Below are positions 1 through 10,306 of a stretch of DNA of 64,000 nt, in pieces. A model generated the notes under the pieces. It was not told the origin of the DNA and did no database searches. It saw nothing but the letters and a program-made list of their open reading frames with translations. Both the position numbers and the translations under genes were made by a program. Each line of letters begins with the position of its first letter. Position 1 is the stretch's first letter. Origin of the DNA: a virus; the IMG/VR virus record IMGVR_UViG_3300042862_000198, positions 1-64,000 of that record, one strand, 5' to 3'.

Positions 1-205
1 TTTTACCATCTGAATTTATAAATGAATTACCAAATACTTTTTCACATTCAAATATACCTTCACTATGATGTCTAAACATTCTGTGTTTACTGTGTCCTAT
101 CCAAGCCTTAGTTTCATCAAACCAATCATGAATAGGTTGGTAATCAGATAACTGACCACCCCATTTTCTAACTGAGGATTTGCAATGTTGCATTGGATGT
201 GCCAT
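1..205 (-). CDS. DUF6915-like protein (partial, runs off window)
   Basis: Manual translation MAHPMQHCKSSVRKWGG...IHDWFDETK...HRMFRHHSEGIFECEKVFG; not in ORF track; lies near a DUF6878-like gene. Confidence 0.7.
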   Translation of the reverse strand, partial: MAHPMQHCKSSVRKWGGQLSDYQPIHDWFDETKAWIGHSKHRMFRHHSEGIFECEKVFGNSFINSDGK

Positions 206-372
206 TACATCTTATATTTTATTTGATAAATAATTTCATTTTTAGCATCACCATATCCTTCACCATAAGCATCTTCATGTATATCTTCTACTTTTTCAAG
301 TATTTCTTTTATTAATTCATCTGTTAGTGTTTTATTCTTCAAAACTTCTAACCACTTTTCAAAATCTATCAT
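205..372 (-). CDS. small hypothetical protein (55 aa)
   Basis: MIDFEKWLEVLKNKTLTDELIKE...; fills the gap, stop overlaps next ATG. Confidence 0.6.
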   Translation of the reverse strand: MIDFEKWLEVLKNKTLTDELIKEILEKVEDIHEDAYGEGYGDAKNEIIYQIKYKM

Positions 373-378
373 ATTTTT

Positions 379-822
379 TTAATTTAAACTTTTACTAATT
401 AAATCTCCATCATGTTCAAATTCTTCAGTATCAGTAACATAAATAGTATTAGTTATTTCATATTCACCTGAAGGAATTTTAATGAGCATTACTCCATAAC
501 CACCATCATTATTCCACCAATCTTCTATATCATTTAGAATTTTTTCATTTGCAAAGTCTGTTAGTTCATCTTTAAGTTCACCATCAAGATCTGCTAAATA
601 AAGAATATCTTCTCCATAAGTACTTAAATTTATAATATCATAAAAACTAACTTCTTTAGTTGTAGTATATAAAACATCATCAATTTCTCCATCATCTCCT
701 CCACCTGAGTATAATATCTTAACTCCGGTCACACCAAGGTCAGCCAACTTTAATAGAAGGCCTGTCATTTCATTTTCTGTCATATTATTTTGTTTTGTAA
801 AATCTGCCAAGGATATTGGCAT
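379..822 (-). CDS. DUF6878-like protein
   Basis: YSGGGDDGEID and DWWNNDGGYG motifs; true start may be MTENEM near 783. Confidence 0.65.
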   Translation of the reverse strand: MPISLADFTKQNNMTENEMTGLLLKLADLGVTGVKILYSGGGDDGEIDDVLYTTTKEVSFYDIINLSTYGEDILYLADLDGELKDELTDFANEKILNDIEDWWNNDGGYGVMLIKIPSGEYEITNTIYVTDTEEFEHDGDLISKSLN

Positions 823-1210
823 TTAAATAATTTTCTTTCTCAAGCACTTCATATTTAAACTGGTGCTTTACTTCTTGATAAGTTAATTCTGTAGCAGAAT
901 AACAAATTAACAAGATCTCTCTTTTAATAATAACTCCTGCTTTGTGAGCTTCTTTTAATTGTTGATTACTACTGTAGTAATTTTCAAAATTAGCTTTTTG
1001 TTCTTTAGTATATTTCTTTAACCTTTTATCAGTAACTAATGCTAAAGCTTTTTTACCAAGTTTCTTTTTTACATTTGAAAAGAAATTCTTTTTACCAATA
1101 TAGGCATAAGTATTTCCATTTAATATCACTGACATGTGATAAATAAACCCAATACCATTTTCTGGTATATTTGTTTCAGTAAACTTTTTACCTTGGTATA
1201 TCCAACTCAT
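785..1210 (-). CDS. GIY-YIG-like nuclease-family protein
   Basis: GFIY...YIGKK, YYSS, REIL, N.NI.GRF motifs. Confidence 0.6.
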   Translation of the reverse strand: MSWIYQGKKFTETNIPENGIGFIYHMSVILNGNTYAYIGKKNFFSNVKKKLGKKALALVTDKRLKKYTKEQKANFENYYSSNQQLKEAHKAGVIIKREILLICYSATELTYQEVKHQFKYEVLEKENYLNANILGRFYKTK

Positions 1211-2190
1211 AATGCTTGTTTTAGTAAAGGTAATAATATATCTCTAACTTTATCAATACCATGCTTTGCTACTGAATCAGATAAGTCTTTTTCCATAGGA
1301 AGAACAACATAACTAAAATTATATTTATGTTTATATCTTTCAGCAGCTTTGATACCAGGTTCATCATTATCAAACAGTACAATTATAGATTTATATTTTT
1401 TACTAAGTTTGTTGATTGTAGACTCTGGAATCATAGTATTCTCACTATCTGGTGCTATAGATTCTGCATTAACTATTCTAAGTTTTTGAAATACCATAAG
1501 ATCTTTTAAAGAAGAAGTTATAATTAAATAATCTTTTTCAAAAGTTAACTGCTCATGTCCTTGTGGATAGTTTTGTATTTTAATAAATTTTTTATTTAAG
1601 TTTTTTGGCATATAAACTTTATACAAAGATCCATCATTTCTGAAATAACCATACATATATGGTTTCTCAAACTTAAATAAAATTATACTATCATCTATAT
1701 CTTTTTTTTCCATTGTAAAATAGCTCAATGGTGATACATTATAATGTTCAAGTAATGTTGATCCAATTTTATATCTTGTCCAATATTGTTGATCTGATGT
1801 ATTCCAATGTCTTATTTCATGGTCAACCACTTTAAATTTATCATGAATTTTAAATTCTCTTTTTTCAAAAAAAGTATTATTATTTATATATTCTTGATAA
1901 TCAGAAAGTATTTTGCTTGTAGCATGAGATCTAGTTGGCATATTATATAATGCTTTAACTAACTCTATGTTATCACCTTGATTTCCAGATGAAAAATCTT
2001 TAAATTTATAATATCCTGATGTTGCATCAATATAAATACACATAGAAGGAATCTTATCCTTTGAATTAAAAGCAGATAATATTTTAATATCTTGTCCTGT
2101 GAGTTTTTCTTTTAAGTTAAGATAATTCTCAAAAACCCATTCTCTTGGTACATCTCTTAAATCAGAAATTAAATTTTTAGTTGAAATCAT
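1207..2190 (-). CDS. DNA primase (Toprim), crAss-like
   Basis: FKDFSSG N-terminal motif; SSLKD, FDNDEPG, KDLSD Toprim motifs; start moved to MISTKN because the upstream extension overlaps a terminator. Confidence 0.85.
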   Translation of the reverse strand: MISTKNLISDLRDVPREWVFENYLNLKEKLTGQDIKILSAFNSKDKIPSMCIYIDATSGYYKFKDFSSGNQGDNIELVKALYNMPTRSHATSKILSDYQEYINNNTFFEKREFKIHDKFKVVDHEIRHWNTSDQQYWTRYKIGSTLLEHYNVSPLSYFTMEKKDIDDSIILFKFEKPYMYGYFRNDGSLYKVYMPKNLNKKFIKIQNYPQGHEQLTFEKDYLIITSSLKDLMVFQKLRIVNAESIAPDSENTMIPESTINKLSKKYKSIIVLFDNDEPGIKAAERYKHKYNFSYVVLPMEKDLSDSVAKHGIDKVRDILLPLLKQAL

Positions 2191-2208
2191 GATATAATTT
2201 TTAATAAC

Positions 2209-2240
2209 AAAAAAAGAGGAACCATTTCTGATTCCTCTTA
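2209..2240 (-). terminator. intrinsic terminator
   Basis: AAGAGGAATC-loop-GTTCCTCTT plus T-run on minus strand. Confidence 0.6.
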
Positions 2241-2254
2241 ATACCAAATAAAAT

Positions 2255-2935
2255 TTAGTCTAATGAAAAATCAGAAGATGATTTAGAAGGAATTGAGAAA
2301 GAATCATCATCCCCAAAAGCTTTAACATCTTTTATTTCAGTTTTTCTTAAGTGTAATGCTTCAGTATATTGTATAACCTTGCCACCTTCAACTTCACCAT
2401 ATGCATACTTACCTTTTTCTGATTTTGGTAAATACATATCATAGTTAGTATATCCTGTTTTGCCAATATATTCTTTACCAGCAACACAAAATTCTAGATA
2501 GTTATCTTTAAAGTCAGCAGTTTTATTAAAAGCTATAATAAGATCATCAATTGTTTGATGTAAACCATCTTGAGCAATAAACCAATCATTAATATCTAAT
2601 GCTTTACATAAGTTCTGCATAAAAATCATCATAGATCTATCTCTCTGAATTTTAATTCCAGACTTAGTCTCTCCATCAGCAAATGCATATTGACTAGCTT
2701 TTACTCTACCAATCTGACCATTATGTTTGCCTTTACTTTCATCATCTTTATCAACCCAGAATCCTTCAAAACCACTAATTGGTTCTGTTTCTACATTTAA
2801 TACTAAATGTTTAGCACCATCTATAAATTGAAAATCTTCTAGCATAAGGCTATTAATTTTTAATACATGATTGCCTGGTGCAATTGTTTTTGGTTGGCCT
2901 GTTCCTGTACCTAGGTCTGTTGTACTTAATCCCAT
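2255..2935 (-). CDS. putative ssDNA-binding/replication protein
   Basis: Between AAA ATPase and primase; acidic tail ending DFSLD. Confidence 0.45.
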   Translation of the reverse strand: MGLSTTDLGTGTGQPKTIAPGNHVLKINSLMLEDFQFIDGAKHLVLNVETEPISGFEGFWVDKDDESKGKHNGQIGRVKASQYAFADGETKSGIKIQRDRSMMIFMQNLCKALDINDWFIAQDGLHQTIDDLIIAFNKTADFKDNYLEFCVAGKEYIGKTGYTNYDMYLPKSEKGKYAYGEVEGGKVIQYTEALHLRKTEIKDVKAFGDDDSFSIPSKSSSDFSLD

Positions 2936-2954
2936 TTTTATTTTTTTTTATTTG

Positions 2955-3677
2955 TTACACATATATTTTATCCCAGTGAAAAATAATTTCACCTTTATCA
3001 TTCATTTCAGAAACTACTATCTCTTCATTTCTTAGGTGTTCTGGCCTTGCACCACAAGTTACTTCTTCACTAGTTTTAAAAGATAAAATTGTTTTATCAC
3101 CCTTTCTAAACATATAGCCTATTGCATCAGCATTGGCACATATTAAGGATTTAATTTTACCAGTTAAATCTATGTTAGCTGCCATTACCATTTCACCTTT
3201 ATCATCTACCTGTTTGTCTTTAATATGACCAGATAAAATAATATGGGGTGCTAAGGTATCAATAAAATCTAAAACTTGAAAAAAAGCTTGTCTTAAATAT
3301 AAATATCCTGCACCATTAGGTAATGATAATACATTGTCTCCATCATAGTGTTTACCCATAGATGTTTCTTTGTATAACTTTATTGCTAAAGGCATTACCA
3401 TATCTTCTAATGCAGTTACTGTATCTATAGTAAGATACTTATATGGACTATTTGCTTCTTTAATTGCTTTACCAGCATCTAGAAGTTCTTTAAGACTTGA
3501 AATTTTAATTTTCATAGCCTCTACATAATCAGAACCATTTTCTAAATCCATTAATAAATTATTTTCTAAACCAGAAAAAGCAGTTGTTTTTCCTGTTTTA
3601 GGCTTTGAATAAATAATTAATCTTTTAGGATTAAATCTTGTTGGTTTTTCTTTCTTTGTTGGAAGTACTATACTCAT
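2955..3677 (-). CDS. AAA_24/Sak4-like ATPase
   Basis: SKPKTGKTT Walker A, DLENGS, IDTVT Walker B, SGH motif. Confidence 0.85.
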   Translation of the reverse strand: MSIVLPTKKEKPTRFNPKRLIIYSKPKTGKTTAFSGLENNLLMDLENGSDYVEAMKIKISSLKELLDAGKAIKEANSPYKYLTIDTVTALEDMVMPLAIKLYKETSMGKHYDGDNVLSLPNGAGYLYLRQAFFQVLDFIDTLAPHIILSGHIKDKQVDDKGEMVMAANIDLTGKIKSLICANADAIGYMFRKGDKTILSFKTSEEVTCGARPEHLRNEEIVVSEMNDKGEIIFHWDKIYV

Positions 3678-3678
3678 G

Positions 3679-4296
3679 TTATTTAATTATTAGTGCTAAT
3701 TTTTGAAAATCTTGAGCTATCCTTAATAATATATCTGAAGCTGATTCATTATTACTTTCTAAATTAATTTCTACTGTAGTTGGAAATTGTTGTTCAAAGT
3801 CAGGAAATAAACTTAGACTTTTTTGTAATTTAGGAAGACCATCTTCTTCTATTTTTAATTTAGTATCAACATCAGATTTTCTTTTTTCATAAAGAGCATA
3901 TGTTATCTCTGTACCATCTTTAAGAACAGCTGATATCTCAGAAACTGGAACAGTATAAGTAGAATAACTTTCACCTTTTCCATTTGTAGTTTCTCTTACA
4001 TCATATTCTTCATAAAAAAACGGATTGTTTTTAAACTTAAACAGTTGTCTATCACTATTCATTGGTACTACATCTACATCTATGCCTTGACTGTCTTTTA
4101 CATTATCATAGAACTCTATGTAAATGTCTTCATTCTTTTTTAACTCCCATTCAAAAAACTGAACATGTCTTCCATATTTTCCTTTTTGAAAGAATGCAGT
4201 TTTTATGGTAAAGAAAGGTTCATCAATTTTAAGATTTTTAAAAGTTTCTAAGTGTTTAACATAGAAATCTTTTTCTTTTTCTTTTCTAATACTCAT
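3679..4296 (-). CDS. hypothetical protein
   Basis: 205-aa ORF in replication operon. Confidence 0.7.
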   Translation of the reverse strand: MSIRKEKEKDFYVKHLETFKNLKIDEPFFTIKTAFFQKGKYGRHVQFFEWELKKNEDIYIEFYDNVKDSQGIDVDVVPMNSDRQLFKFKNNPFFYEEYDVRETTNGKGESYSTYTVPVSEISAVLKDGTEITYALYEKRKSDVDTKLKIEEDGLPKLQKSLSLFPDFEQQFPTTVEINLESNNESASDILLRIAQDFQKLALIIK

Positions 4297-4306
4297 TTGT
4301 TTGTTT

Positions 4307-5308
4307 TTAAATTGCTATTTTTTTTGTTGCTTGGGGTGGTGTGTCTATTTCAACAATTCTCATAGTACTTCTATCAAGCTTAAAAAAACTTATTCTAGTT
4401 GTACCATTTCTAGACTTTAAGAAATGAAAGATTAACATGTCCTCATCATTTATAATAAATCTTTCAGGCCCATACTGTCTAATTTTTCTAATTGAAGGTT
4501 TGTTAATTCCCATAACTACATCTGCATGTTGCAATAAGGCATCTGACCCATATATATCAGAATCTAATACATAATTTCCATATTCACCATCTCTCTGTCT
4601 ATCAGGAGAATCAATATTTCTATTAAGCTGGCTTAATACTACAAAAGCAATTGGATATTTCTTTTTCATAATGGTGAGAGCCTCACCTAAGCTATTTAAC
4701 ATCTCAAATTTATCTTTTTGTCCTCTGCCAACTCTAAATAGTGCTGAATGATCTATAGTAATCAACATGTTTGTAAATTCACCATCTTCTTGCCTGTGTT
4801 TTTCCATTTCATAATGAATGGTAGCACACATTTCATCAACGGTACATGAATCATAAACTACATTTATAAAGTCTTTATCAATAGACTTTTCATAATACTC
4901 AACACATTTATAAAATACTTTCTCATCTACAGGATTACCACCCTTGCTCATTAATGTATTGTAATCAGAACCTGTATTCAGACTTAATTTTCTTATTCCA
5001 TTGGTTTCATCAACCATTTCCATCTGGAACTTTAAAACTCTAAATTCTTGGTCAGTGTTGTGTTCTATAATATCACTAATCAACTGTTCCATAAATAAAG
5101 TTTTTCCTGTTCCCGGTCTAGCACCTACTATAGTGATAGTTCTCCATTCTAATCCATCACAAAAAGCATCATTAAACTTAGGCCATGCACTTCTGAGAGA
5201 TTTAACATCTCCTTTTCTTCTTGCCTTAATTTTGATGATAGCTTTTCTTAAAGCATCTCTCTCACTTACAGGCATTAAAGGCCTGGCACCATTAAATAAT
5301 TCTGCCAT
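4307..5308 (-). CDS. dnaB: DnaB-like replicative helicase
   Basis: GARPGTGKT, IDH, LSQLNR, SDALLQHAD, KSRNG SF4 motifs. Confidence 0.9.
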   Translation of the reverse strand: MAELFNGARPLMPVSERDALRKAIIKIKARRKGDVKSLRSAWPKFNDAFCDGLEWRTITIVGARPGTGKTLFMEQLISDIIEHNTDQEFRVLKFQMEMVDETNGIRKLSLNTGSDYNTLMSKGGNPVDEKVFYKCVEYYEKSIDKDFINVVYDSCTVDEMCATIHYEMEKHRQEDGEFTNMLITIDHSALFRVGRGQKDKFEMLNSLGEALTIMKKKYPIAFVVLSQLNRNIDSPDRQRDGEYGNYVLDSDIYGSDALLQHADVVMGINKPSIRKIRQYGPERFIINDEDMLIFHFLKSRNGTTRISFFKLDRSTMRIVEIDTPPQATKKIAI

Positions 5309-5313
5309 AAAAT

Positions 5314-5490
5314 CTAAGTATTATGTATTTTTGCTTTGTTATACATAGCATGTAGAATGCTAATAATTATCTCAATTAAAATATATTGTCCAATTGTAAC
5401 ATGAACAATAAAAGTATTAACTATAAAATAAGCTATAATACTCCCCAAAATTGCCAACACACTTAACTTTATAGTTTTATTCCATTTCAT
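5314..5490 (-). CDS. small membrane protein (58 aa)
   Basis: Manual translation MKWNKTIKLSVLAILGSIIAYFIV...; two hydrophobic segments. Confidence 0.6.
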   Translation of the reverse strand: MKWNKTIKLSVLAILGSIIAYFIVNTFIVHVTIGQYILIEIIISILHAMYNKAKIHNT

Positions 5491-6083
5491 TATACTATCC
5501 TTTCTTTAAAATATGTTTCAGGTTCATCAAACCCATTATTAAGCAATTCACAATATGTTGCTAAATCAGACTCAAAGGATTTATCTATGTTTTGTTTTCT
5601 TATAAAATACTGAGAAGTTCTCATGAACTCATAATTCCTTATACTGTAGTCATCAACATACTTTTCAGTAGCTTTGATTATTGTTTCCCAATCATAACTG
5701 TAATTTTCAAAAAACCATTTAAAACTGGTTTCTAAATTTTTAGAAGTTGTTCTTGCATATTTTCCAGAAGATAGTTTCCTGTTAGGAAATAATTCAATAT
5801 ATTCTTGGATTCTGTCAATAAACTTTGTTCCTAATAAATCTTGTAATGTTTTTGCTTTAGTCTTTTTGAAAAAACTATTTATTTCTGCCATGAATATAAG
5901 ACTTTTATTAGTTAAAGTCAAATCTTCATTGAGCCAATCATACCTTTTTAATTTAGTTACTTGTAAACTATTATTTACAAAATTATTTGGTACAATCTTT
6001 TCTTTAATACAATGAAGAACATAATATCCATCAGGAGTAATATCTTGTTGCACAAATTTATTAAATATTTCTGTCATTACCAA
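5490..6083 (-). CDS. hypothetical protein (possible replication initiator/helicase partner)
   Basis: ELFPNRK...FMRTSQYFIRK; just upstream of DnaB. Confidence 0.5.
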   Translation of the reverse strand: MVMTEIFNKFVQQDITPDGYYVLHCIKEKIVPNNFVNNSLQVTKLKRYDWLNEDLTLTNKSLIFMAEINSFFKKTKAKTLQDLLGTKFIDRIQEYIELFPNRKLSSGKYARTTSKNLETSFKWFFENYSYDWETIIKATEKYVDDYSIRNYEFMRTSQYFIRKQNIDKSFESDLATYCELLNNGFDEPETYFKERIV

Positions 6084-6757
6084 ATTATTTTTTTATGTAA
6101 ATTGATTTTATTAAACAAATCTTTTGAATCCCACTTAGAACCATTATAAGCTGCACTTGCAGGATGTTTTACAAAATATTTTATATTAGTATCATCTGTC
6201 ATAGATGACCACTCTTCTGCTTTTTTACCCATATAAACATATACAAGTTCAGATTTATTTATATTCAACCAATCTAATAAATATGTAGTAAACGGCCTCC
6301 ATATATCATAATGACTACCAATATTACCTACTTCAGTTGTCAGAGCTGTATTAAGCATAAGAATACCTTGATTTGACCATATTTTAAGGTCCAGGTCTTC
6401 AATTATAACTTCATTGTCATATACAGTTCTATTGACTTCTTCTAGAATAAATCTTAAACTTGGTTGTAATTTATTTGTATTACTACAACTAAATGATATA
6501 CCATCAGCAACTCCTAATTGAGGATAAGGATCTTGTCCTATTATTACAACTTGAAGATTATCATAAGGACATTCTTCAAATGCTCTAAATACTTGTTTTA
6601 ATGGTGGAGTAAATTTTTTATCATCATTGCTTAATTCCCATAATTTTGTTATTATATTATCAAAATCAGAACTAAAAACAAATGATCTGAAAACTTTGTC
6701 CCACCCATTAATTGCAAATTTATTAAATAATTTTTGTTTTATTTCTTGTAAATTCAT
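6077..6757 (-). CDS. ung: uracil-DNA glycosylase family 1
   Basis: GQDPY, GISFS, QGILMLNTALT, HPAS motifs. Confidence 0.93.
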   Translation of the reverse strand: MNLQEIKQKLFNKFAINGWDKVFRSFVFSSDFDNIITKLWELSNDDKKFTPPLKQVFRAFEECPYDNLQVVIIGQDPYPQLGVADGISFSCSNTNKLQPSLRFILEEVNRTVYDNEVIIEDLDLKIWSNQGILMLNTALTTEVGNIGSHYDIWRPFTTYLLDWLNINKSELVYVYMGKKAEEWSSMTDDTNIKYFVKHPASAAYNGSKWDSKDLFNKINLHKKIIW

Positions 6758-6765
6758 TTTTTTAT

Positions 6766-6773
6766 TATATTTG
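6766..6773 (+). promoter_or_regulatory. Bacteroidota -7 promoter element
   Basis: TATATTTG 15 nt before ATG 6789; same element at 24604, 25671 (with TTTG 19 nt upstream), 35429, 42597 and 18589-18596 (minus). Confidence 0.6.
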
Positions 6774-6788
6774 TTAAAAAATTATATT

Positions 6789-7154
6789 ATGCCACAAACA
6801 CTTACAGAAATAGCAGATAATGCTATTATAGATATTAAAGTAAATAAAAGTTTTTATTTTATGGTAAAAAACTTAGGTTTTACATTGTTTAAATTAATGA
6901 GTACTGAAGAAAGTAATATCTTTAATGAAATTATGCTCAAAAAAGATAATAGTCTACTTCCTGATTATAATACTTTATCTGAACCTCAAAAAAATTTTTA
7001 TACAGTAATGTTATTATTGGCAGAAATTGAAAAAGAAGCAATTAAAAATAATTTAACTCAATCTAAAGAAGTATTAATGCCTGAAGATGAAGATTTTAAA
7101 GTTGAAGATATTCAAAAAGAATTTGATATTCCAGATCCAACTACTCAAGATTAA
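6789..7154 (+). CDS. hypothetical protein
   Basis: MPQTLTEIADNAII...; start chosen downstream of promoter element. Confidence 0.65.
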   Translation: MPQTLTEIADNAIIDIKVNKSFYFMVKNLGFTLFKLMSTEESNIFNEIMLKKDNSLLPDYNTLSEPQKNFYTVMLLLAEIEKEAIKNNLTQSKEVLMPEDEDFKVEDIQKEFDIPDPTTQD

Positions 7155-7515
7155 TATTATACATTTTTCCAATTTCTATACAAGCTTGTATAGTTAACAT
7201 TATCTCATCTTTAGAACAATCTGCAAAAGATTTACATATTGTTCCTTCTTCTGTACTATAGCATAATCCTGATTGTTCTTTTACTAAAGTTTTCATTTCT
7301 TCAAATGTATAACCAGATTCTTTAGCTAATTCTCTTATACATGCATATACTTTTGCAAGTTGTGCAACACTTTTATTACTTGTTGCTAAACCTATAAATA
7401 TTTCTATTTCCTGACCTTCAGGTAATTTTTCTAGAAATAATTTATAATTTAATTTTGATTTATCATCTAGATAAACTAACTTTCCATTTTCTTTTATTAA
7501 TTTTGATGTAAACAT
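7141..7515 (-). CDS. NinB-like protein
   Basis: KSVAQLAKVYACIRELAKESGYTFEEMK...SFADCSKDE pattern. Confidence 0.5.
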   Translation of the reverse strand: MFTSKLIKENGKLVYLDDKSKLNYKLFLEKLPEGQEIEIFIGLATSNKSVAQLAKVYACIRELAKESGYTFEEMKTLVKEQSGLCYSTEEGTICKSFADCSKDEIMLTIQACIEIGKMYNINLE

Positions 7516-7544
7516 GATTTTTTTTTATTAAATATAATGATTAT

Positions 7545-8579
7545 ATGTCAATTATAAAACAGCCAAGTGCTAAAAAAAGTAATACTAATATTATTTTTGA
7601 ATATCTTGAAAAGTTTCCTAATGCACCCTCTAAAACTTTAGCTAGAAAAGTATATTCTGAACAATCTGCATTTTTTGAAACATTTGAACATGCTTATAGT
7701 AGAATAAGATATTATCGTGGACAAAAAGGTTCACACTTAAGAAAAAAATTAAGTAATAAAAACTCTAAATATATACAAGAATTAAAATCTACATTTATGT
7801 CAAATAAATTACAGTTACCTGAATCACATACAAAAGTAAGAAATTCATTTACATTTCCTACAGGATGTAAAAAACTAGGAGTATTTGGAGATGTTCATAT
7901 ACCTTATCATGATAATACTGCTTTAGAAGTAATGTTTAAAAAGTTTGAAGAAGAAAAAGTAGACTCTATATTTATTAATGGAGACTTATTAGACTTTTAC
8001 CAACTATCTTTTCATGAGAAAGATCCAAGAGAAGTTCATTTTAAGGGTGAGATAGAAGCAGGAAAAGAATTTCTTGCATATATCAGAAACAGATTCCCGG
8101 ATATTCCTATTTACTACATTACAGGTAACCATGAAAATAGATTTGAAAGATACTTAAGAATAAAAGCATCTGAACTATTAGACATAGATGAATGTAGACT
8201 AGATGTAATACTACATGTTGCAGAATACAGAATAGAATACTTACCATTCAGAAGTAAAGTAGTATTTGGAGATTATACTATTGAGCACGGTGATAAAATA
8301 CCAGGTGCTGGTGGTGTAGTACCTGCTAGAACACTTCTAATGAGACTTAAGTCTAATTCCATAGTAAATCACTTCCATAAGTCTAGTGAGAGTTCTCAGA
8401 GAGTTTTTGGAGTAGGAGAACCTACAAATATTAGAGCCTATAGTTTAGGTTGTATGTGTGACTTAGCTCCGGAATACATGGAAATCAATGAATGGAATCA
8501 TGGTTTCTGTATAATGAGTAAGATTAAAGACAAAGTATCAGTATCTAATTATAAAATAGAAGGTAATACAATAATTTAA
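7545..8579 (+). CDS. calcineurin-like metallophosphoesterase with N-terminal extension
   Basis: GDVHIP, GDLLD, GNHE, HGD, NHFH motifs. Confidence 0.85.
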   Translation: MSIIKQPSAKKSNTNIIFEYLEKFPNAPSKTLARKVYSEQSAFFETFEHAYSRIRYYRGQKGSHLRKKLSNKNSKYIQELKSTFMSNKLQLPESHTKVRNSFTFPTGCKKLGVFGDVHIPYHDNTALEVMFKKFEEEKVDSIFINGDLLDFYQLSFHEKDPREVHFKGEIEAGKEFLAYIRNRFPDIPIYYITGNHENRFERYLRIKASELLDIDECRLDVILHVAEYRIEYLPFRSKVVFGDYTIEHGDKIPGAGGVVPARTLLMRLKSNSIVNHFHKSSESSQRVFGVGEPTNIRAYSLGCMCDLAPEYMEINEWNHGFCIMSKIKDKVSVSNYKIEGNTII

Positions 8580-8893
8580 TGTTTCTACCAATAACTCTCA
8601 AAGATAAAGAAGGTTCTTATATTGAGCACTTAAATGTGACTCACATAACTAGAACTGCATTTATTAATGTTATGAACCCAGATGCGGGAACTAAAATATA
8701 TTTAAGAACTGGAGAAGTATTATCTACTATGGTTCCTATGGATATATTACAACAAGAAATTGATGAGTGTTGGAAATCAGCTTCTGCAATGATTATATTT
8801 AACATCATTGCAGAAAAAACAAGAGTTCTCTCTGCAAGTGAAGAACCTGATATTATTGATGATTATACTGAGAAATCCTCTTTAACTCAATAA
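8579..8893 (+). CDS. hypothetical protein
   Basis: Coupled (TAATG) to phosphoesterase. Confidence 0.65.
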   Translation: MFLPITLKDKEGSYIEHLNVTHITRTAFINVMNPDAGTKIYLRTGEVLSTMVPMDILQQEIDECWKSASAMIIFNIIAEKTRVLSASEEPDIIDDYTEKSSLTQ

Positions 8894-9104
8894 TACTTTC
8901 TTTTGTAGGAAATAAGGCTGCTGGCCAATCCCAATTCTTAACTTTCCAGTTACCATCTTTAGTTTCATCACTGTCTGTGGAAACTAAATGTAATCCAGGC
9001 ATTATTAATAATTCATAATAATAGTATTCTCTTTCATTATCACTTTCTTTAGTAGTAACTACTATTTTATCAAAGTTTAATTCTTTTAAGTCATTTTCTG
9101 TCAT
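8853..9104 (-). CDS. hypothetical protein
   Basis: 83-aa ORF. Confidence 0.6.
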   Translation of the reverse strand: MTENDLKELNFDKIVVTTKESDNEREYYYYELLIMPGLHLVSTDSDETKDGNWKVKNWDWPAALFPTKESIIELKRISQYNHQ

Positions 9105-9105
9105 G

Positions 9106-9249
9106 TTATTTACTATTTAATTTTTTAGACTTTACTTTAGTTGGTTTATCATACTTGTCTAAACATGCATTACATACCCATACTCCAATTTCCTTCATGT
9201 CACTAATATTTTTAATAATGTGACAATTATAACAAGATTTTTCTTTCAT
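9106..9249 (-). CDS. small zinc-finger protein (47 aa)
   Basis: MKEKSCYNCH...VCNACLDKY; ATGA overlap with upstream gene. Confidence 0.55.
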   Translation of the reverse strand: MKEKSCYNCHIIKNISDMKEIGVWVCNACLDKYDKPTKVKSKKLNSK

Positions 9250-9698
9250 TTTTCATTTTTTAATGCATTCTGAAACAATGTTGTATTTAATATTTTAGAA
9301 GCATAATCTGGAACAAGATCCATATAAACTTTACTTCCTTGACTAAATGCTCCATGTTCTTTAATTCTTTTGTTTCTTAAAGACTCTAAAGATAAATATC
9401 CAAGATAAAAGTTATCTGTATCTTCTGACTTAATCATTTCATTAAGATTTTTAATATCATCATTTTCCATATAACCCATTTCTTTAAGTAAATGCATTTC
9501 TGCCATAAATATAAATGGTCTATATACTCCAGAATTTACACCTTTATAATACATATACCATAAATAATTTAATGAATGATTAAGACCTGTAGTATCATTA
9601 TCTTGTGAAGTCATATTATAATGTTCTTCTATAATACTATGTAAAAACTTTTTAAATTTTTTAGTAAGTACAATATCATTTGTTGCTGTTTTTTCCAT
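9246..9698 (-). CDS. hypothetical protein
   Basis: 150-aa ORF. Confidence 0.7.
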   Translation of the reverse strand: MEKTATNDIVLTKKFKKFLHSIIEEHYNMTSQDNDTTGLNHSLNYLWYMYYKGVNSGVYRPFIFMAEMHLLKEMGYMENDDIKNLNEMIKSEDTDNFYLGYLSLESLRNKRIKEHGAFSQGSKVYMDLVPDYASKILNTTLFQNALKNEK

Positions 9699-9938
9699 TT
9701 AGTCTTCTAAGTTTAAATTATGTTCATCTAATATCTCTCTTATGGCTTCTCTTACTTTATCAGCCATATCTTGTTCAGCTGCTGTTGCTTCTCTTTTTTC
9801 AAAAACAGCATACTTTGTTGTACTTCTAAGTAGTTGGTCTAATTCCCACATAGCATTTTTCCATTTATAGCCATCTAATGCTACTCTTACATCACTTTGT
9901 TCTTCAATAGAGTCAAACTCCAGTATTATTTTTCCCAT
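9699..9938 (-). CDS. hypothetical phage protein
   Basis: KIILEFD...ALDGYKWKNAMWELDQLLR. Confidence 0.7.
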   Translation of the reverse strand: MGKIILEFDSIEEQSDVRVALDGYKWKNAMWELDQLLRSTTKYAVFEKREATAAEQDMADKVREAIREILDEHNLNLED

Positions 9939-10305
9939 CTTTTCTATATTCTATTTCTTTATTCATTAATTCAAGATGCCAATCATCACCACCATACTCA
10001 AGTACTGCTTTTAGGTAGTCATCATCCATATCAGCTATAGTTATCCAAGTTAATGGTGTTTCACCATACTTACCTCTGCTTCCCCTTACTGCATGTTTTC
10101 TTACAACTTCAAAGTCATCATCTGCATAGACATAGTGAGTTTCAATCTTGTCCATATCCATTGCACCATACCTTTCATACTCGTTACCACCATCTGCCAT
10201 AGCATCATTGGGGCAACCACAGGTTACATAGTCATGTCTGTGTCTACTTACTAATACCTTGTTACACTCAAGGCATTTTACTGAGTTATATACTATCTGT
10301 CTCAT
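9913..10305 (-). CDS. zinc-binding phage protein
   Basis: CLEC...SRHRHDYVTCGC..DGG; start MRQIVY follows the junction repeat. Confidence 0.7.
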   Translation of the reverse strand: MRQIVYNSVKCLECNKVLVSRHRHDYVTCGCPNDAMADGGNEYERYGAMDMDKIETHYVYADDDFEVVRKHAVRGSRGKYGETPLTWITIADMDDDYLKAVLEYGGDDWHLELMNKEIEYRKDGKNNTGV

Positions 10306-10306
10306 C

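Noticed and set aside
5001-5348. Antisense ORFs (also 1327, 14052, 16444, 23675, 51759, 52221, 55800)
   Set aside because: Shadows of well-supported genes on the opposite strand
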